From Mobula birostris (lineage: Eukaryota): 64,000 nt of DNA. Shown in pieces: positions 23,861 to 36,255 of this stretch; positions within the stretch are counted from its first letter, which is position 1, and the number at the start of each line of letters is the position of its first letter. Under the pieces are notes generated by a model. The model was not told the origin of the DNA. It ran no database searches and saw only the letters and a program-made list of their open reading frames with translations. Where the stretch lies: NCBI RefSeq assembly GCF_030028105.1, contig NC_092374.1, positions 8,484,998 through 8,548,997 on the forward strand, read 5' to 3'. A program made the translations under genes and the position numbers.

Positions 23861-26800
23861 GATCCAATAAATAAGATTGATTGTGCGCCCATAAATTGAC
23901 ACAGGGCACAGGAGTGTCTGTACACAAGGTGACTGACAGGAAATGATAATGTAGTGGTGGGGGAGTGGTGTGGAGAGCTGGGCTAGTGGGTGGACGTGTT
24001 GGTCAGCCTTACTGCTTGGGGAAACTAGGTGCCTGGTGGTCCTGGTGTGGCTGTAGCTAATGGGAATGGGACTCACAATCCACGGGCAGGGTGTGTGGGA
24101 TCCTTTATGAAGTTACTAGCCCTTTGCTGGCAACTTTCTGTATGCACGCCCTTGATGGTGGGCCAGCTGGTGCCAGTGATGCATTGGGCAGTTTTGACCA
24201 GCCGTAGTCGAGCCCTCCTGCAGCGCAGTTTCCATTCCATACAGTGATGCAGCTTGTGGGGATGCTCTCCACTGCACATCTGTCAAATGAATCTCTTCGT
24301 AGGAGTTAAGACAATTAATTAGTCAATGTTAACAGTTGGACACTGAGAGCAAACCGAACTGTTAGACATGGAGAGCAAACCGAGGTTGCAAACTGAACAG
24401 GAATCCAATGATCAATCACCAACGTAAGGATGGAGTTCCATTAAATCAAAGCTGACACAGTACTGTGGCAGTTAGTGTAACTCTTTACAGTGTTAGTTAT
24501 CAGGGTTCAATTCCCGCCACTGCCCGTAAGGAGCTTGTACATTCGCCCCGTGACCGTGTAAGTTTCCTCCGGATGATCTGGTCTCCTCCCACATTCCAAA
24601 GGCGCACGGATAAGGGTCAGTAAGCTGGGTCAGCTATGTTGGTGCCAGAAGTGTGGCAATACTTGCAGACTGCCCCCAGCACATTCTCAACTCGAACGAC
24701 ATTCAATACTTTGATGTACATGTGACAAATAAAGCTGATCTCTAAACTTTAGGAGACAGCAGACATGGGAATCGGGAACAAGCAAACTGCAGAAGGAATT
24801 CGGCGGGTCGAGCAGCATCTGATACGGGAGAAGGAATCACAAACAAGAGAAAGTCTGCAGATGCTGGAAATCAAAGCAATGCTCACAAAAATCTGGAGGA
24901 ACTTCATAGGTCAGGTGGCATCCATGGGAAAGAGTGAACAGATGGCGTTTTGAGCCAAGATGCACAACACAGTACATATAACTCACACAATACATAAAGT
25001 AATATTACTATAAAATAACAAATAATAAAAATAGATTCCTTCTCTTTACTCTGCCCATCTACCCTCTCCACTCTCCAGGGTTTTGACTGGAAACACCAAC
25101 AGTTCATTTCCCCCCACAGATGCTGTCTGACCTGTTGAGTTCCTCCCACACTTTACTGTTGAAGTCATATTTAAGTCCTTCCTGATGCCACCCAGATCTC
25201 ATCACAAAAGAAGGGCCAGTAGTTATACCGTGTCATAAATGCACCTTATGCTAAATGTCAACCTTCTGGAATCTGACTGGCTTGCCGAATTCCTCTAGCT
25301 TTCTGTGTGTGTTGCACTGGGGGAGAAATGGTCAACATTTCAGGTGGACAACCTGCATTGGGACTGACAGTAGAGAGGTGAGATGACCAAGTTAAAGGGA
25401 GGGTTGAGATGGGGGCCAGTATGCTTCTTGCCCAACTCCTTAGTCCACTAAATACCGACCAGCCCGTCCACTCTCTGCACTTCTCTTTACTTTGCGCATC
25501 TACCCCCTCACTCTCTCAGGTTTTGATTGGAAACACCAAGAGTTCATTTCCTCCCACAGATGCTGTCTGACCTGTTGAATTCCTCCCACTCTTTACTTTT
25601 GAAGTCACATTTAAGTCCTCCCTGATGCCACCCATCACGAAAGAAGCACCAGTAGCATTATACTGTTTACTTTTTAACTTGTGTTGTAATTGCACCTTAT
25701 GCTAAATGCCAGTCTTCTGGAATCTATTTTTATTATTTGTTAATTTATTTATTGTAATATTACTTTATGTGCTGTGTGTGTGAGTTATATGTATGGTGTT
25801 GTGCCCTTTGGTCCGGAAGAATATTGTTTTGTTTAACAGTGTACATGTGTACAGTTGAATGAAAATAAACTTGAACATTCTTAGAGGGATTTAACTTCCA
25901 GGTCAACAGTGAACAGAGGTCAGGGTTTTATCATCATAGTGACACAAGCCCTTCAGCCTGTCAAACACCCATGTAAAGAATTTTTAGTTTATTGACATCA
26001 TTTGCGTCAATGTTCAACACAGTCCAAAAATGTGCTGGGGGCAGCCCACGAGTGTCACCTTGCTTCTAGCACCAACATAGCATGCCTATAATTTACTAAC
26101 CCAAGCCCATACATCTTTGGAATTTGGAAGGAAATCAGAGCACCCAGAGAAACCCTATGTGGTTATTATTTATGATTTATATATTTCTTGTGAGCGCTGC
26201 TTATCTGATGATCCGGGCCTGTGATGCTGCTGTAAGTTTTTCATTGCACCTGTGTCCGTGATAATAAACTCAACTTTGACTTTGACACATCAGCATCTTA
26301 ACTTCCCTCTGAAGTTCAAAGTTCAAGGTACAGTTATTACCAAAGTTTGTCGATATTATGCAACCTTTAGATTCGTCTCCTTACAGGCAGCCACAAAACA
26401 GAGAAACTCAGTGGAAATAATTAAAACAAAAAAGACCATCAAACACCCATTGTGCAGAGAGAAAATAACAAATTGTGCAAACAATAAAAGTAAGCAAATA
26501 GCATTCAGAACTAAAATGCTCTGGGAAGCCACTCAGTTCAACGGAGGTTGGAACGGTTGATAAATTTTTGCTTTCTCAATGATCTTGTGAAAGGAACTTG
26601 GATTTCATGATTGCATAGGCTAATGCAGTAGGAAGTTATCAGGTCAAGCAGTACGTTTGACGCAAGAAGTCGAGTTTAACAAGGGTTTAAGAATACTTCT
26701 GTGTTGCCTTACTACTGCACTTCATTAGTATAATATCTCTTAACAACTCTGCTTTTCAAAGTTCAAAGTAAATTTATTATCAAAGTACATATATGTCACC

Positions 26801-27087
26801 ACAAACAAACCAGAGATTCGTTTTCCTGTGGGCACTCTCAATAAATAGAATAATAATTACAACAGAATCAGTAAAGGATCTCCCAACCAGAGTGCAGACA
26901 GCAACAAACGTGCAATTACAAAAACACAGTGTACAGTTCTGATTTTGCCAAGAATCTTGGGTGTGGTAATTAGGAAAGTAATCATTATTTATATCAAAGT
27001 TCAAATAGGTTAAAGCTCAAAGTAAATCTATTATCGAAGTACATACAGTATATGTCACCATATACTATCTGAAGATTCATTTATGTT

Positions 27088-27560
27088 ATCTATATGTTGT
27101 GGAATTGACAGTACCATGGGAAGATGGTCAAAGAAGTTTATGAGAGGAAAAAGACCAAGCACTCTGAACTGGCAACTGAAGCAGCCCAGAATGGCTGGAA
27201 GACCAAGATTTTCCCTGTAGAAGTGGGATGCAGGGGATTCGTTGCTACATCTACGACCAGTCTATTGAAGAAGATGGGGGTGAGGGGTCACTCCCTCCAA
27301 CAAGCAATCAAGTCCTTGTCAAATGCAGCAGAAGAAAGCAGCAATTGGATTTGGATTAAAAGGAAAGACAACAACTGGGCTGCAAGATGAAGACAGGAGG
27401 GTATGGAACTGAAGGGGGTGTATCTGGGACGCCAGGTAGCACCGTTGAGACCTCTGGAGATGTTGTGGGCTTATTAATGAAACGTCAAAGAAGGAGGGTG
27501 CCCACCTGATGACCCCGATGACGTACCTACCCTCCCTCCTTGTCACCACTCCAAAACCAC
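27088..27560 (+). mobile_element. 3' fragment of an RLE-type non-LTR retrotransposon (HERO-like)
   Basis: VELTVPWED...YERKKTKHSEL...GWKTKIFPVEVGCRGFVATST...SNWIWIKR, the restriction-like endonuclease C-terminus; frameshift near 27123. Confidence 0.75.
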
Positions 27561-28944
27561 TGCCAACATCGAGAATGCCAACTTACCATAGGGATTGAAA
27601 CATCAAGTCCTAGTAGCTCTACTCTAAAACTTGGAAAAGCTTCTATAGATGAGTAATGGAGAGTATTTTGACTGGTTCCATCACTGCCTGGTATGGAAAT
27701 GCCAATGCCCTCGAACTGAAAATCCTACAAAACGTAGTGGACACAGCCCAGTTCTTCTTTGGTAAAGCCCTCCTCACCTTTGAACATATCTACACAGAGC
27801 ATAGTCGCAGGAAAACAGCATCTGACATCGGGGACCCCTTACCACCCGGGATGTGTTTACCTCTAGCTTCTGCCATTGGGAAGAAGATACAGGAGCACCA
27901 GGATCCACACAACCAGGGTCAGGAACAGTTACTACCCCTCAGCCATCAGGCTCTTTAACCAAAGGGGATAACTTCATGCATCCCATCACTGAGCTGTTCC
28001 CATAGTCCATGGACTCACTTTCAAGGACTCTTCATCCCATGTTCTTCATTTATTGCTTGAATGGCGTGGTCTTTCATTGATTCTATTATGGTTTTTGGAT
28101 TTACTGAGTACAGCCACAAGAAAACAAATCTCCGAATCTCAGGGTTGCTTATGGTGACATGTACTGTATGTACTTTGATAGTAAATTTACTTTGAAGTTT
28201 AAATTTTCTTGCAGGCATTCCCAGTAGAACAAAGAAGTACGATGCAATGAATGAAGACTGACACACAAAGCCAATGTGCAAAAGAAGACAAAGCTGTAGA
28301 AATACAAAAAAAACCCCAGAATAATGAATAATAAATAAATAGACAAACAAAAGATGGATAAGAAATGAATACATAACTAAATAAATAAAGCTGATACCAA
28401 GAGTCGTAACATCCTAGAAAGTGAATCATTTAAACCCTGAGCAACTTGTCAGATAGTGGAACAGAATCATATAGGTACTTTGCTTTGTTAATAAGTTTAC
28501 TTTGAAATCAGGCACCATTTAATTCCACCTCAAGGACAACCTCAGCCTCAGGAGGTCGGACAGGCAGAAGCTGCTTTCTTTTGAGTGGCAAAGGCTGAGG
28601 GGAGAAGTTTATACAGATTAGAGTACACGGCTGGTATCTTGAGCAACACACATGAAATGCTGGAGGAACTCTACAAGTTAGGCAACATCTATAGAGGGGA
28701 ATGAACTGTTACTGTTTCAAGCCGAAATCCATCATCAGGCCTGAAATGTTGACTGTTTATTTCATCCATAGCTGCTGGCTGACTTGCTGAGTTCCTCCTG
28801 CACTTTGCGTGTGGGCGTTGCTGCACATTTTCAGCTCCCGCAGAATTTCTTATGCCATCTGGTATCTTCTTGACACAAGTGACAGGTTTCACTGTATGTT
28901 TTTGATCTAGACGTGACAAATAAAAGTTATCCTTTTGCCCCCAC

Positions 28945-29390
28945 CTCTAAAAGGACCACAACCTTGCCGTAGGGTTTGGAGGCCTGTGTGCCTCAATGAC
29001 CCGGAGAGCTACGTTGGCTGGAGTCAGGGCTTTATGCTTTGGCTCTTGGTAGGGTCACCCATGCCAAGCAGGTCAAAGGGTAGAGAATAGACTAAGAGTG
29101 TCCACCGGTCCTCCGGGTTCGGGGGTTCAGCTCAGGGCTAACAACCCTGAATGGTCAAACAAAACTGTTAAGGAAACAGCAATGAAGAAGCCTTCGACAT
29201 CTGAGTGTGATGGTATTCCTGATCTTCCACCCGGGACCTGCATGACTGACAGTAGTGAAAACTGAGAGGAAGCTACTGGCACGATGAAGGAAGCTCTGAC
29301 ACTGCCAGAGACAGAGGGCCTTCGTTGCTGCCCGAAACACCAGTGGCATAATGGGAACAGCCAGCCTGCCCTTTTATCCCCAGGATTATA
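28945..29390 (+). mobile_element. Short non-autonomous RTE-derived element
   Basis: Matches the split copy at 6146-7310; ggtagggtcacccatgccaagcagg resembles an RTE 5' UTR. Confidence 0.65.
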
Positions 29391-29393
29391 ATA

Positions 29394-30247
29394 ACTCTGC
29401 CATAGTTGGATGCATCAGCAAGGGAGATGAGGTTGAGTACAGGGCTATGATAGGAAACTTTGTCACATGGTGTGAGCAGAATTACCTGCAGCTTAATGTG
29501 AAAAAGACTAAGGAGCTGGTGGTAGACCTGAGGAGAGCTAAGGTACCGGTGACCCCTGTTTCCATCCAGGGGGTCAGTGTGGACATGGTGGAGGATTACA
29601 AATACCTGGGGATACGAATTGATAATAAACTGGACTGGTCAAAGAACACTGAGGCTGTCTACAAGAAGGGTCAGAGCCGTCTCTATTTCCTGAGGAGACT
29701 GAGGTCCTTTAACACCTGCCGGACGATGCTGAGGATGTTCTACGAGTCTGTGGTGGCCAGTGCGATCATGTTTGCTGTTGTGTGCTGGGGCAGCAGGCTG
29801 AGGGTGACAGACACCAACAGAATCAACAAACTCATTCGTAAGGCCAGTGATGTTGTGGGGATGGAACTGGACTCTCTGACGGTGGTGTCTGAAAAGGGGA
29901 TGCTGTCTAAGTTGCATGCCATCTTGGACAATGTCTCCCATCCACTACATAATGTATTGGTGGGGCACAGGAGTACATTCAGCCAGAGACTCATTCCACC
30001 GAGATGCAACACAGAGCGTCATAGGAAGTCATTCCTGCCTGTGGCCATCAAACTTTACAACTCCTCCCTTGGAGGGTCAGACACCCTGAGCCAATAGGCT
30101 GGTCCTGGACATTTATCCTGGCATAATTTACATATTACTATTTAACTATTTATGGTTCTATTACTATTTATTATTTACGGTGCAACTGTAACGAAAACCA
30201 ATTTCCCCCAGGATCAATAAAGTATGACTATGACTGTGACTATGACT
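29394..30247 (+). mobile_element. Rex1/Babar LINE 3' fragment with a (TATGAC)n tail
   Basis: Near-identical to 18195-19052. Confidence 0.92.
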
Positions 30248-30564
30248 GTAATGTCCAGCAATGGAAGCATATGTTAAAAGGTGAGAGGGGGCCAGTTCGA
30301 AGGCGGTGTGCTGTGTCAGATTTTTTTTCACGGAGAGTGTCTGATGCCAGGAAAGCGCTGTCAGGGTGGTGGTGGAGGTAGGTGACATGGCAGCATTGAG
30401 GAGACTCCCAGATATGCACATGGATGTGCAGAGAAAGAGGGATACGGTCAATGTGAGATGAAGGTGGATTCGATTCATCAGGAGTCATCGGTTTAATTGG
30501 ATCAGCACAACAGATCAGGCACAAAATGAAAGAAAAATGGAGGCTGTGTAGGAGGGAATGGTTA

Positions 30565-31070
30565 GATTCATGGAAACATAGAAAACCTACAGCACAATAC
30601 AGGCCCTTCAGCCCACAAAGCTGTGCCGAACACGTCCCTACCTTAGAAATGTCCTATATAGCTGCAACATTACATCTCGGCTCCTAAACTCAATCCGATG
30701 ATTGATGAAGGCCAATGCACTGTATGCTTTCTTAACAACAAAGTCAACCTGCGTAGCAGCTTTGGGTGTCCTAAGGAATCGGACTCCAAGATCCCCCTGA
30801 TCCTCCACACTACCAAGAGTCTTACCATTAATACTATATTCTGCCATCGTATTTGACCTACCAAAATGAACCACCTCACACTTATCTGGGTTGAACTCCA
30901 TCTGCCACTTCTCAACCCAGTTTTGCATCCTATCAATGTCTCTCTGTAAGCCCTGACAGCCCTCCACACTATCCACAACATTCCCAACCTTTGTGTCATC
31001 AGCAAATTTACTAACCCATCCCTCCGCTTCCTCATCCATATCATTTATGAAAATCATGAAGAGCAGAAGT
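30565..31070 (-). mobile_element. CR1 LINE fragment
   Basis: IFINDMDEEAEGWVSKFADDTKVG. Confidence 0.88.
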
Positions 31071-31080
31071 CCCAGACAGA

Positions 31081-31458
31081 TCAGGCTCGGAGTCTGAGAT
31101 CACAGGGTTATCGGGAGTTATGGGGGGTGGTGTAGGGGTATCATTGCTCTGCCTTTCAAAGAGTCCATAAAATCATTGAGTTCATCCGGAAGTGATGGGT
31201 TATTGCCACTAATGTTACCCGATCTCGGCTTGTAGGATGCAAACATGTAAACCCTGCCACAGCCGTCCAGCATCATTTCTGATTCTAGCTTAGTGTAGAA
31301 TTGTCCCTTGGCATGCAAGATTGTGTTCCAGAAAGCTCTATTGATGCACGATGGAGTGATTCCGAACTGGATGCACTGCGGCCTGGTTTGGGTCCATGAC
31401 CGAAGGCCACCATCCAGGTCATGATCTCTTCTCACTACACTCCCGGGCAGGAGATACA
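31081..31458 (-). repeat. Near-identical duplicate of 16609-16920 plus part of its downstream neighbour
   Basis: 312-bp match with only a handful of substitutions. Confidence 0.9.
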
Positions 31459-33095
31459 TACTATATACTTTATTGTCACCAGACAATTGATACTAGAACG
31501 TACAACCCTGTTATTACTGCGTCTTTCCAGAATCTGTCTCCCTATCTGCTCCTCGATGTCCGTGTTACTATTGGGTGATCTATAAAAAACACCCAGTAGA
31601 GTTATTGACCCCTTTCTGTTCCTGACTTCCACCCACAGAGACTCTGCAGACAATCCCTCCATGTCTTCCTCCTTTTCTGCAGCCATGACACTATCTCTGA
31701 TCAACAGTGCCACGCCCACACCATCTTAGACTAGGTTAAAGGGTTGACACAACATTGCAGGCCGAGGGGCCTGTCCTGTACTGTGGTGTTCTGTGTGACA
31801 ATTCCATGTAACAGAGTGGGCCCGGGGCCTATCTGTGCTGTAGTGTTCTGTGTGACAATTCTACATAACAGAATGGGCTGAGGGGCCTGTCTGTGCTGTC
31901 ATGTTCTGTTTCAGCTAGCAAAGAGCTTTATATGCTTGTCTTGCCAGAAACCTGAGTAACATTCTTTTAAAGTTCTTTGACAGAAGGATTAGCCACAGGA
32001 ACAGAGCATTGAAGTAGAGGTCATCGAAGAGCGATGAGAAGACTGTTTTTTTTAGGTAGTATTTTCTTCGCAATCCATCTCCTAAGGGGCTTGAAGTAGT
32101 GACAGAAGTTCTACTTCTTTTGGAGTTTCAGATTTGGTTTGTCACTAAATTTCCACTGAATTACAGTGGAGAACATTCTGATGGGTTGCACCACAGTCTG
32201 GTGTGGAGCCTCCCGTGCACTGGGCTGCAAGAAGCTGCAGAGGTTTACAGACAACTCTGTGCCGGGCACAACCCTCCCTCCCTACGTCCAACGGGATCTT
32301 CAATGGGCGGTGCCTCAGGAAGGCAGCGATGTCACTAATCACCCTCGCTGCTAGGGGCATGTCATCGGGGAGTAGATACAGGGGTCTGAGGACCCACAAT
32401 CAATGATCAAGGAGGTTCATGCCCATCTGAATGGTCCGTTAACCCATGAACACTACCTTGTTTTTGCAATATTTCTGAAATTTATGGATTTTTATGTATT
32501 GCAGCTACTGGTTGCAATGCCTGAAAATCCATGTATTGTGGTATGTATCTTGCTTGGGTGGTGGGGTGGAGAGATGTCTATACAGAAGGAGATGTAAGGC
32601 TCTCCTTCCCTCCGCTAGCCTGCAGATCACCCTTGGGCAAGGTGCAGCACCTGCTTACCACACCACCCTCACACCACCCCTGATTAGGGCCACATGCAAC
32701 CGTGGGAACAGGTGATGGATGGTCGTATGAACAGCCAGAGCAGATCACAAGTCCTGGTTATGTGACCACTGACACCAGGCAGACAATCTCTGAACAGTAT
32801 TAATAATGGCTGGGGTCATCATCTTGAGAAGACACTGTCCAGAAGAAGGCAATGACAAACCACTTCAGTAGAAGAATTTGCCAAGGACAATCCTGGTCAA
32901 AGACCATGATCGCCCACGTCATACGACTCGGCACACAATGAACGGACGCACTCTACTGCTGCTGTTAAGCAACACATTTTGCGACGTATATCTGGTGATT
33001 CTGACTCTGAAATCTGATTCTGATTCTTGTTGTAATTGACCTGTTTGTAAGTCTTTGCAGTATTGGTGGCTCAAGGCAACAATTTTCACATCTTA

Positions 33096-34260
33096 TAGAA
33101 ACCATAGAAAAACTACAGCACAGAAACAGGCCTTTTGGCCCTTCTTGGCTGTGCCGAACCATTTTCTGCCTAGTCCCACTGACCTGCACACGGGCCATTT
33201 CCCTCCATACACCTCCCATCCATGTATCTGTCCAATTTATTCTTAAATGTTAAAAAAGAACCAACATTTACCACCCCGTCTGGCAGCTCATTCCATACTC
33301 CCACCACTCTCTGTGTGAAGAAGCCTCCCCTAATGTTCCCTTTAAACTTTTCCCCCCTCACCCTTAACCCATGTCCTCTGGTTTTTTTCTCCCCTTGCCT
33401 CAGTGGAAAAAGCCTGCTTGCATTCACTCTATCTATACCCGTCATAATTTTATATACCTCTGTCAAATCTCCCCTTATTCTTCTACGCTCCAGGGAATAA
33501 AGTCCTAACCTATTCAACCTTTCTCTGTAACTGAGTTTCTCAAGTCCTGGCAACATCCTTGTAAACCTCCTCTACACTCTTTCAACCTTACTTATATCCT
33601 TCCTGTAATTTGGTGACCAAAACTGAACACAGTATTCCAGATTCGGCCTCACCAATGCCATATACAACCTCATCATAACATTCCAGCTCTTATACTCAAT
33701 ACTTTGATTAATAAAGGCCAATGTACCAAAAGCTCCCTTTACGACCCTATCTACCTGTGACGACACTTTTAGGGAATGTTGTATCTGTATTCCCAGATCC
33801 CTCTGTTCCACTGCACTCCTCAGTGCCTTACCATTTACCCTGTATGTTCTACCTTGGTTTGTCCTTCCAAAGTGCAATACCTCTCACTTGTCTGTATTAA
33901 ACTCCGTCTGCCATTTTTCAGCCCATTTTTCCAGCTGGTCCAAATCCCCCTGCAAGCTTTGAAAACCTTCCTCACTGTCTACTACACCTCCAATCTTTGT
34001 ATCATCAGCAAACTTGCTGATCCAATTTGCCACATTATCATCCAGATCATTGATATAGATGACAAATAACAATGGAACCAGCACTGATCCCTGTGGCACA
34101 CCACTGGTCACAGGCCTCCACTCAGAGAAGCAATTCTCTACTACCACTCTTTGGCTTCTTCCATTGAGCCAATGTCTAATCCAATTTACTACCTCTCCGT
34201 GTTACCTAGCAACTGAATTTTCCTAACTAACCTTCCATGCGGGACCTTGTCAAAGGCCTT
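33096..34260 (-). mobile_element. CR1 LINE 3' fragment
   Basis: GVPQGSVLVPLLFVIYINDLDD...KFADDTKIG...RGGFFTQRVVGVWNELP; same subfamily as 14455-15305. Confidence 0.92.
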
Positions 34261-34874
34261 ATATCAGTGATAATAATCCTGATACTGATACAGATACAAT
34301 CGTGGTGAATGGAAAACCCCGAGGAGTTCCTCTTGCCAAGAGTCACCTTGTGACTTTATCATCTGCTGTCAGAATCACCTTGTGTTCAGACACTCCAGCA
34401 ACTAGCGTCACCTCATGTACTTTATTCAGTCTATGTATATAAGCTAAGCGCATGTATTTAAGGTCACACTAAAACAGTTACTTGTGCATTGTGTTTTATA
34501 GAGTTGCTTTTATATTTATATTTATTATATTTTTGTTGTGTTCTTTATCTTATTGTGTTTTTTTTGTGCTGCATCAGATCTGGAGTAACAATTAATTTGT
34601 TCTCCTTGCACTCATGTACTGAGGCATGACTATAAACGATCTTGGATCTTGAAGGGAGACAATGGGCCGAGTGGCCTGCTCCAATGGTGCTTTGTGATAA
34701 TGGGCGTGTAGTGACTGTTGGGGCCATGTCTGCTGATGTATAGAAAGTTGCTTCCCTTGTTTGTTGTTGAAATCACGGTGGGACGGGAATATGTCAGGAA
34801 ATGAAGCAACCCTTACCGAAACTTCTGCATTTTATTGTCCAGAGACAAACAGGACACTGAGGATAGAGTCGGAG

Positions 34875-34935
34875 ATGAGCTTACTGGGTTCCTGGCTGCC
34901 TGCTGCCCTGTTGTTGGGCTCTGTACTCAGTGACA
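34875..34935 (+). CDS. Ig-superfamily receptor exon 1: signal peptide MSLLGSWLPAALLLGSVLSD
   Basis: Hydrophobic leader ending at a phase-1 consensus donor A|GTAAGT; frame-compatible with exon 2. An in-frame upstream ATG exists at 34791. Confidence 0.8.
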
Positions 34936-35473
34936 GTAAGTGCTTTTTATTTTTCTCAGACTGACTTAGCTGTGTGAGTTTTCACTTCATCTCCACGGGC
35001 AGGGTCAGCATCTGGGAAACTGAGAGGTGGAGCTATCGGAGCAGGTTGTGGCAGCCTTTTGTCCAGTGGCAGCACGGTGAATACTGGTCGGGATAGTTGG
35101 AGCTGATAGCTGGCTTGACCTTACTTTATACTTTATACCTTATTGTCGCCAAACAGTTGATACTGGAACATACAATCATCACAGCGATATTTGATTCTGC
35201 GCTTCCCGCTCCCTGGATTACAAATCGATAGTAAATATTAAAAATTTAAATTATAAATCATAAATAAAAAATAGAAAAATGGAAAGTAAAGTTAGTGCAA
35301 AAAAACCGAGAGGCTGGATATTAGACAATAGACAATAGGTGCAGAAGTAGACCATTTGGCCCTTCGAGCCTGCACCGCCATTCTGAGATCATGGCTGATC
35401 ATCTGCTATCAATACCCGGTTCCTGCCTTGTCCCCATAACCCTTAATTCCCCTATCCATAAGATATCTATCTA

Positions 35474-36255
35474 GGGTACGGCCCAGATCCGGGTCAGGAT
35501 CTGTTCAGCAGTCTTATCACGGTTGGAAAGAAGCTGTTCACAAATCTGGCCGTACGAGTCTTCAAGCTCCTGAGCCTTCTCCCAGAGGGAAGAGGGACGA
35601 AAAGTGTGTTGGCTGGGTGGGTCATGTCCTTGATTATCCTGGCAGCACTGCTCCGACAGCGTGCGGTGTAAAGTGAGTCCACGGATGGAAGATTGGTTTG
35701 TGTGATGTGCTGCGCCGTGTTCACGATCTTCTGCAGCTTTTTCCGGTCTTGGACAGGATAACTTACATACCAGGCTGTGATGCACCCTGGAAGAATGCTT
35801 TCTACGGTGCATCTATAAAAATTAGTGAGGGTTTTAAGGAACGGGCCAAATTTCTTTAGTTTTCTCAGGAAGTAAAGGCGCTGGTGGGCCTTCTTGGCAG
35901 TGGACTCTGCTTGGTTGGATCAAGCCAGGTCATTTGTGATATTGACCCCGAGGCACTTAAAGCTTTTGACCTGTTCCACTTGCGCACCACCAATGTAAAT
36001 TGGGTCGTGCGGTCCGCTACTCCTTCTGAAGTCAACAAACAATTCTTTCGTCTTGCTGACATTGAGGGATAGGTTATTGTCTTCGCACCATGCCACCAGG
36101 TTCTTAATTTCCTCTCTGTACTCAAACTCATCATTACCCAAGATACAGCCTACAATTGTTGTGTCATCAGCAAACTTATATATTGAGTTTGATGGAAACT
36201 TGGCTACACAATCATGGGTGTACAGTGAGTACAGCAGGGGGCTGAGTACACAGCG
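35474..36255 (-). mobile_element. Rex1/L2-type LINE 3' fragment
   Basis: LSPLLYSLYTHDC...IYKFADDTTIVG...LSLNVSKTKEL. Confidence 0.85.

Noticed and set aside
31760-31910. About 58-bp x2.5 tandem repeat
   Set aside because: Local slippage of a CR1 3'-tail motif; ordinary.
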